Notes under the pieces: model-generated
What the model was told of the DNA's origin: nothing
The model's database searches: none
The model's input: only the letters and a program-made list of their open reading frames with translations
Translations under genes and position numbers: made by a program
IMG/VR virus record: IMGVR_UViG_3300042352_001346
Span: 1 to 64,000 of that record
DNA: 64,000 nucleotides
Direction: 5' to 3' (one strand)
Source of the DNA: a virus
In this document: positions 38,275 through 47,086 of the stretch, piece after piece
Numbering within the stretch: position 1 is the stretch's first letter
How the letters are laid out: every line of letters begins with the position of its first letter

Positions 38275-38689
38275 TTGTAATGCTGATAGATTAAATAAAA
38301 ATGCTTCTGCAATAATAAAAAAAGAAGAAAATGATGAAAAAGAAAGATTATTAAAAGAAGCTTATAAAATAGTTGATGCAAGAGAACAAATTTGTTCTGG
38401 TTGTGGACAAGTACAACATTTAAGTAGGTCGCATATTATCAGACGTAGTAAAAATAGTGATTTAATAGCAGAACCTGATAATATTGTTTTAGATTGTTTA
38501 TTTAGAATAAATCCTGATAAATTTGGTAATGAAGGTTGTCATTCTAGATGGGAATCTAATAATATTGAGAAAATGTTAACTTTAAACAATTTTCAAGAAA
38601 GAATGAATTATTTAAAGTATAATGATAAAAGTATATATAATACTCTTTTAGATAAATATAATTTATGGCGGAACAAACAGCAACAATAA
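38183..38689 (+). CDS. Zn-finger HNH (NinG-like) nuclease
   Basis: CPNC; CSGCG...SHII...NIVLDC...CH. Confidence 0.6.
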   Translation: MMSVNKEPCKGKEGMCNNTLIVNKRYHLCPNCNADRLNKNASAIIKKEENDEKERLLKEAYKIVDAREQICSGCGQVQHLSRSHIIRRSKNSDLIAEPDNIVLDCLFRINPDKFGNEGCHSRWESNNIEKMLTLNNFQERMNYLKYNDKSIYNTLLDKYNLWRNKQQQ

Positions 38690-39108
38690 TAAAAATATTT
38701 AGAGAATTATCTACAATAGCACACATGTTAGAAGATGATTATCTTAAAAGTATTTTAGATAAAGTTGAATTAATTTCAGAAGAAGATTTATTAAAAGCAT
38801 TAAAAACTTATATTATTGATTTTGATTCATCAATAGATGATGAAGAAGAAGATAAATATAAACGTAAATGGATTAGAATTGGAATGAATTTATTTGAAAC
38901 CAAATTTTTAAATGAGGTTGGTATTAGAGATGAATTTCCACAATTTGGTGAAGAAATGTTATATTATATTATTATTAATGAAACAACTAATGTTGATTTT
39001 TCAATACAAAATAAAAAAATATTATTTCCATCCAAAGAAGAACGTGATACTGAATTTGAAAAAATAGCATCAAGATTAGATAAATTAAATATTGTAGTAA
39101 AATCTTAA
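38665..39108 (+). CDS. Hypothetical acidic protein
   Basis: 147-aa ORF in the operon. Confidence 0.55.
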   Translation: MAEQTATIIKIFRELSTIAHMLEDDYLKSILDKVELISEEDLLKALKTYIIDFDSSIDDEEEDKYKRKWIRIGMNLFETKFLNEVGIRDEFPQFGEEMLYYIIINETTNVDFSIQNKKILFPSKEERDTEFEKIASRLDKLNIVVKS

Positions 39109-39118
39109 ATTGTAAAAT

Positions 39119-39823
39119 ATGGCAGCAAAACATAATCATGACTTTATTGTTATGGATTTAGAAACAGGTGGTATGAATCCTAGAAAGCATCCTATCTGTT
39201 CAATTGCTTTAATAGTTTTAAATAATGATTTAGAAGAGCAAGAAAAATATTCAGCTTTTATAAAACCTTATAATTCTGAATTAATTTATACAGAAGAAGC
39301 TTATGAAGTTCATGGTTTAACTAAAGAATTTTTAGAAAAAGATGGTAAAGATATTAAAGTAGTATTTAAAGAAATATGTGCTATATTTAAAAAATATAAA
39401 CATTATTTTTATAAACCAATTTTAGTAGGTCATAATTTATCTAAATTTGATATTGGTGGAGGTATTAATAATATGATACCTGGTAAAAATGATTTTTTAG
39501 GTGGTTTTTTATCTTATATGTGGGAAGAAATGTTTAAAGATAATATTTATAACTATGTTGAAAATTTTATTTTTGATACATTATTTTATGCTAAATTTTG
39601 TTTAAAAGATGCTCAAGAAAATGATATTGATGTATCAGATATTAAACTTGTTACGTTATGTGAATTATTTGGTATTCAAGCATCTGATGCTCATGATGCT
39701 AGTAATGATGTTGAAATGAATAAAGAATTATTTAAATTTTTTATGAATTATTTGAAAGGTAATAAAGATATTATTAATAAAGAACAAAAAACAAAAGCAA
39801 GGATTAATTTTCATATAGGTTAA
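39119..39823 (+). CDS. DEDDh 3'-5' exonuclease (DnaQ-like)
   Basis: DLETGG, VGHN..FD, HDASND. Confidence 0.88.
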   Translation: MAAKHNHDFIVMDLETGGMNPRKHPICSIALIVLNNDLEEQEKYSAFIKPYNSELIYTEEAYEVHGLTKEFLEKDGKDIKVVFKEICAIFKKYKHYFYKPILVGHNLSKFDIGGGINNMIPGKNDFLGGFLSYMWEEMFKDNIYNYVENFIFDTLFYAKFCLKDAQENDIDVSDIKLVTLCELFGIQASDAHDASNDVEMNKELFKFFMNYLKGNKDIINKEQKTKARINFHIG

Positions 39824-39824
39824 T

Positions 39825-41492
39825 ATGTCTGCAATAGGTGGTTCAGTATATAATACATATAAATCTTTAAGTATAACTCAAGTTACTAATGTTTTTAAAC
39901 AAGTAGAAGAGATTATTAGCTTAATGGATGATTATGCTGTGAAAGAAATATTTTCCGGTAATGAAAAAGATATAGATAAACTTCTTGATGTAATGTTTGA
40001 AACTACAAAAGAAGCTTTATATTTTAATCAAGGTCCTATAAAATCACATTCATTTGGTTATTTAGATAAATTAACTGACCAATTTGATGAACAGTTAAAA
40101 ATACGTAGTTTTAATTATTTTATAACTTCTGTATTACCTACTTTTGAAATGTCTTTCCACCATTTAGAATGGGGAAATTTAGTTCAATTATATAGATTTC
40201 TATGTATAGAAGCTGCTCGTGACCATTCTAAAAGTTTTACATTTAGTTTTGCATATCCATTATGGAAACTTTATAGATATAGACGTGAAAATTTTGGAAT
40301 ACGTAATTATGAAAATTTATTAAATAAAAAAGGAATGATTATTACCAATGAACATTCATTGGCTAAAGATTTTCTTAAAATAATATCAGATGAAGTTGAA
40401 AGTAATCCAATATTAAGAGAAAAAATTTATTGTAAAAATACTTGGGGTAAAGAAGAAATTACTACTCAACAAGGTGCTGAATTAAAAGTAAAAGGTGCAG
40501 GTTCAGCGTTACGTGGACGTCACCCTGGTTGGATGGTTATAGATGATTTTTTAAATGATGAAGTATTATATTCTCCAATACAAAATACAAAATATAATAG
40601 TTTCTTTCAATCAGTAATTATGAATATGATTGTTCCAAAAGGACAAATCATAGTTGTAGGTACACCTTATACTGAAAATGACCTTTATTCTGTACTTAAA
40701 AAAGATAAACGTTGGAGAGTATTTGAATATCCTGCTATATTTCCTGATGGTAGATTACTCTGGCCTACACGTTATACATTACAAGAAATACTTGATAAAA
40801 AAGAATCACAAGGTAATATAATTTTTTCAAGAGAAATACTTGTTAGACCAATTGCTAGTGATAGTTCAATTTTTCCTTGGAAAATATTAGAAACAAGTTT
40901 CATAAATATGGGAGAAATAAAGTTAGTTGAAAACTTTTATTCTCATCCTATGAAATTTAAGAAAATAGTAATGGGTTGTGACTTTGCTATTAGTTCAGAA
41001 GTTGGAGCCGATTATTCTGTATTTACTACAATAGGTATTGATGATTTAGATAATTATTGGTTATTAAATCAATGGACAGGTAAAGGTGTTAGCTATAATG
41101 AACAAATAGCTAAAATGAAAGAATTATATAGAAACTTCAAACATAATTTAATTATGTGTGAAGATAATGCTTTTCAAAGTGTTATGTTGGGATTAGCTAA
41201 GGAAGCAGGTATAAAAGTAGTACCACATACAACAGGTGTTAATAAATATGATTTGAAAACAGGACTTCCTGGTCTTGCTACTTTATTTGAACAAGGACGT
41301 ATGAAGTTACCTCGTGGTGATGAATATAGTAAAAATGTAAGTAATGAAATTTGTACCCAATTAAATAGTTTTACTTTTATGGAAAATAAAATTAAATCTG
41401 TAGCACAACATGACGACCAAGCTATGAGTATCTGGATTGCAGTTAAAGCTGCTAGTTATGTTACAAAAAACTTCAATTATGGGTTCTTATAA
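39825..41492 (+). CDS. terL: Terminase large subunit
   Basis: AARDHSKS Walker A variant, LRGRHP, VIDD, VVGTP, GCDFA, HDD. Confidence 0.9.
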   Translation: MSAIGGSVYNTYKSLSITQVTNVFKQVEEIISLMDDYAVKEIFSGNEKDIDKLLDVMFETTKEALYFNQGPIKSHSFGYLDKLTDQFDEQLKIRSFNYFITSVLPTFEMSFHHLEWGNLVQLYRFLCIEAARDHSKSFTFSFAYPLWKLYRYRRENFGIRNYENLLNKKGMIITNEHSLAKDFLKIISDEVESNPILREKIYCKNTWGKEEITTQQGAELKVKGAGSALRGRHPGWMVIDDFLNDEVLYSPIQNTKYNSFFQSVIMNMIVPKGQIIVVGTPYTENDLYSVLKKDKRWRVFEYPAIFPDGRLLWPTRYTLQEILDKKESQGNIIFSREILVRPIASDSSIFPWKILETSFINMGEIKLVENFYSHPMKFKKIVMGCDFAISSEVGADYSVFTTIGIDDLDNYWLLNQWTGKGVSYNEQIAKMKELYRNFKHNLIMCEDNAFQSVMLGLAKEAGIKVVPHTTGVNKYDLKTGLPGLATLFEQGRMKLPRGDEYSKNVSNEICTQLNSFTFMENKIKSVAQHDDQAMSIWIAVKAASYVTKNFNYGFL

Positions 41493-41511
41493 TACTAAAA
41501 TTAAAGAAAAA

Positions 41512-41544
41512 TTTGGAAATTTAAAATTTTCTTCGTACATTTTG
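41512..41544 (+). promoter_or_regulatory. Bacteroidota-type promoter
   Basis: TTTG-N20-TACATTTTG. Confidence 0.6.
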
Positions 41545-41609
41545 TGTCGCAAAAGGTTAACGACCTTAAAAATCAAATCAAAAATTAATTAATCACAAAA
41601 ACAAAAAAC

Positions 41610-42059
41610 ATGAAAAAAACAATTGTTTTGATGTTTATGGCTGTATTCAGCCTAGTTGCCTATAATGGCATTGCTTCTTACAAACCTGATAAGTTTGAAG
41701 TGCAAAAAGAAGTAAGTAATGTTCAACTTGAACAAGTTTACTCTTTTGAAAATATAAATCAAGTAGTAGTTTTTGAAAGAACTTCTATTCAAGATGAAAG
41801 TTTTACAAAAGTAGAAAATTTTAGACCTGTAGAAGATGTAGGTTTAATTAAGTATCAAAATATTTATATTAATAAAGAAATAATTACTGCCGTTCATTTA
41901 TACTTAACCCAACTTAAATTTGCCTTTATAGACCCTGGACTAAATTTAACAGTTGTTAGTATATATAATGAAAATAAAACTACTGAAATTAATAAATTAC
42001 TTGATACACCCTACCCACCTGGCTTATTTTTAAAACAAAATTCTAAAAATAATATTTAA
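41610..42059 (+). CDS. Secreted hypothetical protein
   Basis: Signal peptide MKKTIVLMFMAVFSLVA; has its own promoter and terminator. Confidence 0.6.
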   Translation: MKKTIVLMFMAVFSLVAYNGIASYKPDKFEVQKEVSNVQLEQVYSFENINQVVVFERTSIQDESFTKVENFRPVEDVGLIKYQNIYINKEIITAVHLYLTQLKFAFIDPGLNLTVVSIYNENKTTEINKLLDTPYPPGLFLKQNSKNNI

Positions 42060-42082
42060 GTTGCCTGTTTAATAATAGATCT

Positions 42083-42120
42083 AAAAATGCTATCCATTTA
42101 TAATTATGGATAGCATTTTT
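42083..42120 (+). terminator. Bidirectional-type terminator
   Basis: AAAAATGCTATCCAT...ATGGATAGCATTTTT. Confidence 0.85.
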
Positions 42121-42134
42121 GTATAAAAGAAAAA

Positions 42135-42166
42135 TTTGGAGATTTTCTCTTTTTTTCGTACCTTCG
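42135..42166 (+). promoter_or_regulatory. Bacteroidota-type promoter, extended class
   Basis: TTTGGAGA...TTCGTACCTTCGC; spacer 20. Confidence 0.75.
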
Positions 42167-42229
42167 CAGGAGAAATTAAGAATACAAATATATTAATTTC
42201 TAATTGTAAATTAACTAAAATTGTAAAAA

Positions 42230-43822
42230 ATGACTCCTTCTCCACTTCAACAAAACATTGCTAATTGTTTTTCAAATGAAAATTGTAATATTGTAATTGA
42301 TGCTTTAGCTGGTTCAGGTAAAACAACTTTACTTAAAATATTATCTAATTTAATTCCTGCTGATGAAAAAGCAGCATTTTCAGCTTTTAATAAATCAATT
42401 GCTGATGAATTAAAAGAAAAAATCTCAAAACCAAATGTTGAGATTGGAACTATGCATAGTTTTGGTTGGAAAGCAATTATTAGAACTTATCTTAAACCTG
42501 TTGTTAAAAATAACAAAATTGGAGATATTTGTTATAATTTTTTACCATCATGGTCTGCATCAGATGGTGTACAATTAGGTGCTGATTATTTACAAAAAAT
42601 TAAAAAAATAGTTGATTTAGCTAGATTAAGTTTAGCTGATACAGAAGTAGCTTTAGAAGCTATTGCTGAAAGACATGATATTGAATTAACAAATGGTGAA
42701 TGTAAAAGAGCATTAGAAGTGTTAAGAATATCTAATCAAGATAAAAAGAATTTTGATTTTACAGATATGATTTATATTGCAGCAACTGACCCAAGAGTTA
42801 AGTTGAATAAATATAATCATTTTTTTGTTGATGAATGTCAAGATTTGAGTCTTGCTCAACAATTAATGATTGAAAAATCATTATTGCCAGGTGGAAGATT
42901 TGTAGCTGTAGGTGATAAAAGACAAGCAATTTATGGTTTTGCAGGTGCTGATTCTGAAAGTTTTGAAACACTTTGCAATAAACCAAATACACTTGTTTTA
43001 CCTCTTTCTGTAAATTATCGTTGTGCTAAATCTATTATTAAACTTGCTCAAAGTTTAGTACCAAATATTCAAGCACATGATGGTGCTATAGAAGGTTTAA
43101 TTGATTTTACAGCTTCATATAGAAATATTAAGCAAGGTGATTTTGTACTTTGTAGAAATACTGCTCCATTAGTTAAATTATGTTTGCAATTTATTCGTGA
43201 AGGTAGAAAAGCTTATGTTAAAGGTGGTGATATAGGTACAAATTTATTAAATATTATTAAAAAATCAAAAGCTGATACTATTGAAGAATTAAAAAGTAAA
43301 TTAACTGATGAATTATTTAAAATATTTGATAAGTTAAAAAAGAAATTTCCATACCTTAGTGATGAAGATATTAAAGCTGAAAATGCATATTTTTTATTTT
43401 ATGAAAAAAGATTAGTTATTAATACTATAATTAATAGTGGTGTTAATATTAAATCTGTTCAAGATGTTAGTAATTGTATAGCAAGTATTTTTGCTGATGA
43501 AAAAGAAGGTATAATATTTTCAACTGTACATAAAGCAAAAGGTTTAGAATCAAATAATGTTTATATTATATGTCCGGAACTTATGCCATCTAAACGTGCT
43601 AAAAAACAATGGCAAAAAGAACAAGAGCAAAATTTAATATATGTAGCTTATACAAGAGCAAAACAATATTTAGGTTTTGTTACTGATTTTGAATTTCAAA
43701 AGAAGAAAAAAGTTGATTATAATACAGAAGATGTAACTGGTACTATGATGGAAGATGATAATAATATAGATGAACATTTAGTTATAAATAATAATGATTT
43801 TGGTTCTAAAAGTATATTATAA
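42230..43822 (+). CDS. UvrD/Rep-like SF1 helicase
   Basis: AGSGKTT, DECQD, VGDKRQAIYGF, NYRC, STVHKAKGLE, YVAYTRAK. Confidence 0.92.
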   Translation: MTPSPLQQNIANCFSNENCNIVIDALAGSGKTTLLKILSNLIPADEKAAFSAFNKSIADELKEKISKPNVEIGTMHSFGWKAIIRTYLKPVVKNNKIGDICYNFLPSWSASDGVQLGADYLQKIKKIVDLARLSLADTEVALEAIAERHDIELTNGECKRALEVLRISNQDKKNFDFTDMIYIAATDPRVKLNKYNHFFVDECQDLSLAQQLMIEKSLLPGGRFVAVGDKRQAIYGFAGADSESFETLCNKPNTLVLPLSVNYRCAKSIIKLAQSLVPNIQAHDGAIEGLIDFTASYRNIKQGDFVLCRNTAPLVKLCLQFIREGRKAYVKGGDIGTNLLNIIKKSKADTIEELKSKLTDELFKIFDKLKKKFPYLSDEDIKAENAYFLFYEKRLVINTIINSGVNIKSVQDVSNCIASIFADEKEGIIFSTVHKAKGLESNNVYIICPELMPSKRAKKQWQKEQEQNLIYVAYTRAKQYLGFVTDFEFQKKKKVDYNTEDVTGTMMEDDNNIDEHLVINNNDFGSKSIL

Positions 43823-43829
43823 AATAAAA

Positions 43830-43861
43830 TTTGGTTAATTTAAAAATTTTTCATATCTTTG
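43830..43861 (+). promoter_or_regulatory. Bacteroidota-type promoter
   Basis: TTTG-N20-TATCTTTG. Confidence 0.75.
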
Positions 43862-43879
43862 TATAAATAAAATTGTAAC

Positions 43880-44782
43880 ATGTTTTCATATTGTTGTATT
43901 AATACAGAATTGCAAAAGCAAGGAATAACTACAAATCGTACTATACGTAAAGACCGTTTTGAAAAAGAAGGTTTAAAATTATGCGGTGAATTAGCTTTAG
44001 CTAATTTAACTGATTTAGTAAAAATTTTAAGTTGGAATAATGAAAATAATATAAAATGTTTTCGTTTAAGTTCAACTATATTTCCTTGGTCTAGTCAATA
44101 TAATATAGAAGATTTACCTAATTATAATTGTATAAAAGAACAATTAATATTTATAGGTAAATTTATTCAAATACATGATATTCGTGTATCTTTTCATCCT
44201 GACCATTTTTGTGTTTTAGGTTCAGATAGAGAAAAAATTGCTTTGAAAGCTGCAAAAGATATTAATTTTCATAGTCAATTATTTGATTTAATGGGATTAG
44301 AACAATCTCATAAGTATCCCATTAATATACATGTAGGTACTACAAAAGGTGGTAAAGAAAAAGCTGCTCTTAGATTTTGTATTGCTTATGAATTATATTT
44401 ATCCGAAGGAGCAAAGAAAAGATTTGTAGTTGAAAATGACGACCATCCTACAGAGTTTACTCCGGAAGATTTATACAATATGATTTGGCGTAAAATACAA
44501 ATTCCTATAACATTTGATTATTATCATAATAAATTAAATCCAGGCAAATTAAATGAAATGTCTGCTTTTAAATTATGTTATATGACTTGGAAAAATGTTA
44601 AACCTTTATTTCATTACTCAAGTTCAATGAGAGAAGAATATAAAGATAATGCTATAAAAATAACTGCTCATAGTAATTATATTTTAGAAGAAATTAATAT
44701 TTATTTAGATGTAGATATTGATTTAGAAGCAAAAATGAAAGAACAAGCAGTATTAAGGTATTTAAATACTTTTAATAAATAA
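43880..44782 (+). CDS. uvsE: UV-damage endonuclease
   Basis: FRLSS..FP, RVSFHP, INIHVG, VVENDD, FDYYH, HYSS, AHS, EAK.KE. Confidence 0.92.
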   Translation: MFSYCCINTELQKQGITTNRTIRKDRFEKEGLKLCGELALANLTDLVKILSWNNENNIKCFRLSSTIFPWSSQYNIEDLPNYNCIKEQLIFIGKFIQIHDIRVSFHPDHFCVLGSDREKIALKAAKDINFHSQLFDLMGLEQSHKYPINIHVGTTKGGKEKAALRFCIAYELYLSEGAKKRFVVENDDHPTEFTPEDLYNMIWRKIQIPITFDYYHNKLNPGKLNEMSAFKLCYMTWKNVKPLFHYSSSMREEYKDNAIKITAHSNYILEEINIYLDVDIDLEAKMKEQAVLRYLNTFNK

Positions 44783-45621
44783 TGAAAATTTATATAGAAT
44801 ATCAAGCACTTTCAGATAGAGAAAATATAATTGCTGAAATATCTCTAGATAAAAATTTTTATGAAAAACTTGATAAAGAAGATAGATTTGGTAAATATTT
44901 ACAAGATACTTATGATTTAGAAATTATACAAGGGTGGGAGGTTTTTAATGAATCATTTACTGAAAGATTATATTCTCTTTTAGTACAAACTTTTAAAGAT
45001 AAAAATAAAATTGCTGATTTTTTAAAAGTTTGTCAAGAATTAAAAGATTATTTATTTAAATTTCCATATAATGAAAGAATTGAATTTTTAACAAAAATGT
45101 TTTCTCTATTATATAAAGCTTATAATCAAGGAGGTAATTTTGTTTTAAATCAAATTAATTCTGCCATAGATAAAGAAAAATTTGGAGAGTTTGAAAAATC
45201 TTCGTACCTTTGCGGTAATAAAAAAATTGTAAAAATGTCTAAGAATTGTAAATTTGTAAGAACTGTAGGACTTCAAAATCTAGAAGGTTATCATATTAAA
45301 GTAAAATGTTCTACTTGTGGCATTGAAGCTATTTATTTTCAAGAAAATGAAAATGATATTCGTTTATTTAATCCAATTACAAACGAATATGATATTAAAG
45401 TTGACTCAACAACTGTATGTGAAGGACAAAAGTATCTTGATGATAAGAAAAAATCAGATGCTTTAAAATCAATTCAAATACGTAAAGGTAGTACTGTAAA
45501 AACAAACGATTTTATAGGTAAAATTATAAAATATAATTCAAATGTTGATATTTGGATTGAAGCACATAATGGTCCTCAACCTATTAAAAAAGAACAAATT
45601 ATTGAATTAATAGAGTATTAA
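44782..45621 (+). CDS. Hypothetical ORF, probably two units (internal start 45235)
   Basis: Open 279-aa frame containing a full promoter and an in-frame ATG at 45235; distal part has CSTC and an SH3-like end. Confidence 0.55.
   Translation: MKIYIEYQALSDRENIIAEISLDKNFYEKLDKEDRFGKYLQDTYDLEIIQGWEVFNESFTERLYSLLVQTFKDKNKIADFLKVCQELKDYLFKFPYNERIEFLTKMFSLLYKAYNQGGNFVLNQINSAIDKEKFGEFEKSSYLCGNKKIVKMSKNCKFVRTVGLQNLEGYHIKVKCSTCGIEAIYFQENENDIRLFNPITNEYDIKVDSTTVCEGQKYLDDKKKSDALKSIQIRKGSTVKTNDFIGKIIKYNSNVDIWIEAHNGPQPIKKEQIIELIEY
45181..45212 (+). promoter_or_regulatory. Intragenic Bacteroidota-type promoter
   Basis: TTTGGAGA...TTCGTACCTTTGC; spacer 20; closely matches the intergenic copies at 56031 and 61623. 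Confidence 0.75.
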
Positions 45622-45622
45622 T

Positions 45623-45760
45623 ATGTTAAAGAATATATTAGATAAATTTATACTTTGTTGGGGGTGTAGAAAAAAATTAACTATTAATTTTAAAAAAGGT
45701 GATACACAAATAGAAATAATTTGTACTTATTGTGATAAAATTAATAAAGTAAAATTATGA
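45623..45760 (+). CDS. Com-like zinc-ribbon mini-protein (45 aa, absent from ORF track)
   Basis: MLKNILDKFILCWGCRKKL...IEIICTYCDKINKVKL; ATGA coupling with the next gene. Confidence 0.7.
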   Translation: MLKNILDKFILCWGCRKKLTINFKKGDTQIEIICTYCDKINKVKL

Positions 45761-45933
45761 CTGTAGGTGAAGCAACTAAAAAACTTTTAAAACTTGGTTA
45801 TATTCAACTAAATCAAGTAGGTTCACATATTAAATTTGGTAAAGATAATGATAGAATTACTTTATTAAAAAGAAAAAGTGATAAAGAACTCGTTAATCCT
45901 GCAATTGTTAAAAAAATAAATTCATTAATATGA
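45757..45933 (+). CDS. hicA: HicA-family mRNA interferase-like protein (58 aa, absent from ORF track)
   Basis: MTVGEATKKLLKLGYIQLNQVGSHIKFGKDNDRITL: L..LG....Q.GSH..F signature; ATGA overlaps at both ends. Confidence 0.72.
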   Translation: MTVGEATKKLLKLGYIQLNQVGSHIKFGKDNDRITLLKRKSDKELVNPAIVKKINSLI

Positions 45934-46238
45934 GTAAGTTATATTATAAATACATTATTGTTGATGGTGGTCCTATTTTATTTTCTGACAAAGTATCCCA
46001 TCTTCAAGTAGGTGAAGGTTTTTTAAAATCTAAAGCTACTATATATAGTGCAGGATTTTGTTGTATTGAATTTATAGAAGATGAAGAAGTACCTAAAGTA
46101 ATATGTAGTGGTAGAAGTGATTCTTTAAATATTGAATCTCACTCTCAAAATGATGCTATTGTTATTACAGATTTTTTTAAACAATTGAGTGCAGTTAAAT
46201 ATCATTTATTAGTGATAAAAGATTTATATGGAAAGTAA
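45930..46238 (+). CDS. Hypothetical phage protein
   Basis: KYII...PILF....H...SAGF...G.S.SL pattern. Confidence 0.6.
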   Translation: MSKLYYKYIIVDGGPILFSDKVSHLQVGEGFLKSKATIYSAGFCCIEFIEDEEVPKVICSGRSDSLNIESHSQNDAIVITDFFKQLSAVKYHLLVIKDLYGK

Positions 46239-46767
46239 AAAATATAAATTACCAGGTCATAAAGGTAAATTTATGAAAGGACAATCTTCTCAATACCAAA
46301 TTGCAATGGAGAAGTCTATAATTAAAAATTTAGAACGTAAACCTAAAAATAAAGAAATGAAAGTAGCAATTATAGGTAGTCGCACATTTCAAAATAAAAA
46401 TAGTTTGTTTTTAGCACTTAATGATTTTAGAAGAGTATTAAGAGCAACTAAACATACTGATATTACAGAAATAGTATCAGGTGGTGCACAAGGTGCTGAT
46501 TTTTTAGCAGAAGAATATGCTAATGAATCTAAAATTAAGAAAACTATATTTAAAGCTGATTGGAGTGATATGTCTTTACCATGTTCTAAAAAAACAAATG
46601 CACAAGGTAAAGAATATAATGCTTTAGCTGGTTTTAAAAGAAATACACAAATAATAGATTATTGTGACCAAGTAATTGCATTTTGGGATGGTAAAAGTCC
46701 AGGTACTCGTGATAGTATTGAAAAAGCTAAAGCACAAAATAAACCTGTTAAAATTGTAAAAATTTAA
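46228..46767 (+). CDS. SLOG-family (YspA/DUF2493-like) nucleotide-binding protein
   Basis: IIGSR.F, IVSGGAQGAD, AG..RN, AFWDGKSPGT. Confidence 0.85.
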   Translation: MESKKYKLPGHKGKFMKGQSSQYQIAMEKSIIKNLERKPKNKEMKVAIIGSRTFQNKNSLFLALNDFRRVLRATKHTDITEIVSGGAQGADFLAEEYANESKIKKTIFKADWSDMSLPCSKKTNAQGKEYNALAGFKRNTQIIDYCDQVIAFWDGKSPGTRDSIEKAKAQNKPVKIVKI

Positions 46768-46769
46768 AT

Positions 46770-47084
46770 ATGGTAGAAAATAAATTTATTGTTGGAGATA
46801 TTTTTAAATTAAAAGTTGAATGTTTATATAATCCTATTGGTACAATAGGAGTTTGTTATGCTCAATATGATAATGGAATTTCTGTTATTTTTGAAAATGG
46901 CAAATATGATGGTTTTAGTTTATCTAAAGATATAGTATTAGGAGGTAGAAGTGAAGTTGAGATGTATTTAGAAAAAATTAATCATAGTGAAGAATTATCT
47001 GATTATTATTTTAAAAATGTAATCAGATTAACAGAAGATTTTAGAAAAGGATATTTTCATAACGCATTTAATTCTTTGTATTAA
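46770..47084 (+). CDS. Hypothetical protein
   Basis: 104 aa; SVIFENGKYDGFS. Confidence 0.55.
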   Translation: MVENKFIVGDIFKLKVECLYNPIGTIGVCYAQYDNGISVIFENGKYDGFSLSKDIVLGGRSEVEMYLEKINHSEELSDYYFKNVIRLTEDFRKGYFHNAFNSLY

Positions 47085-47086
47085 AG

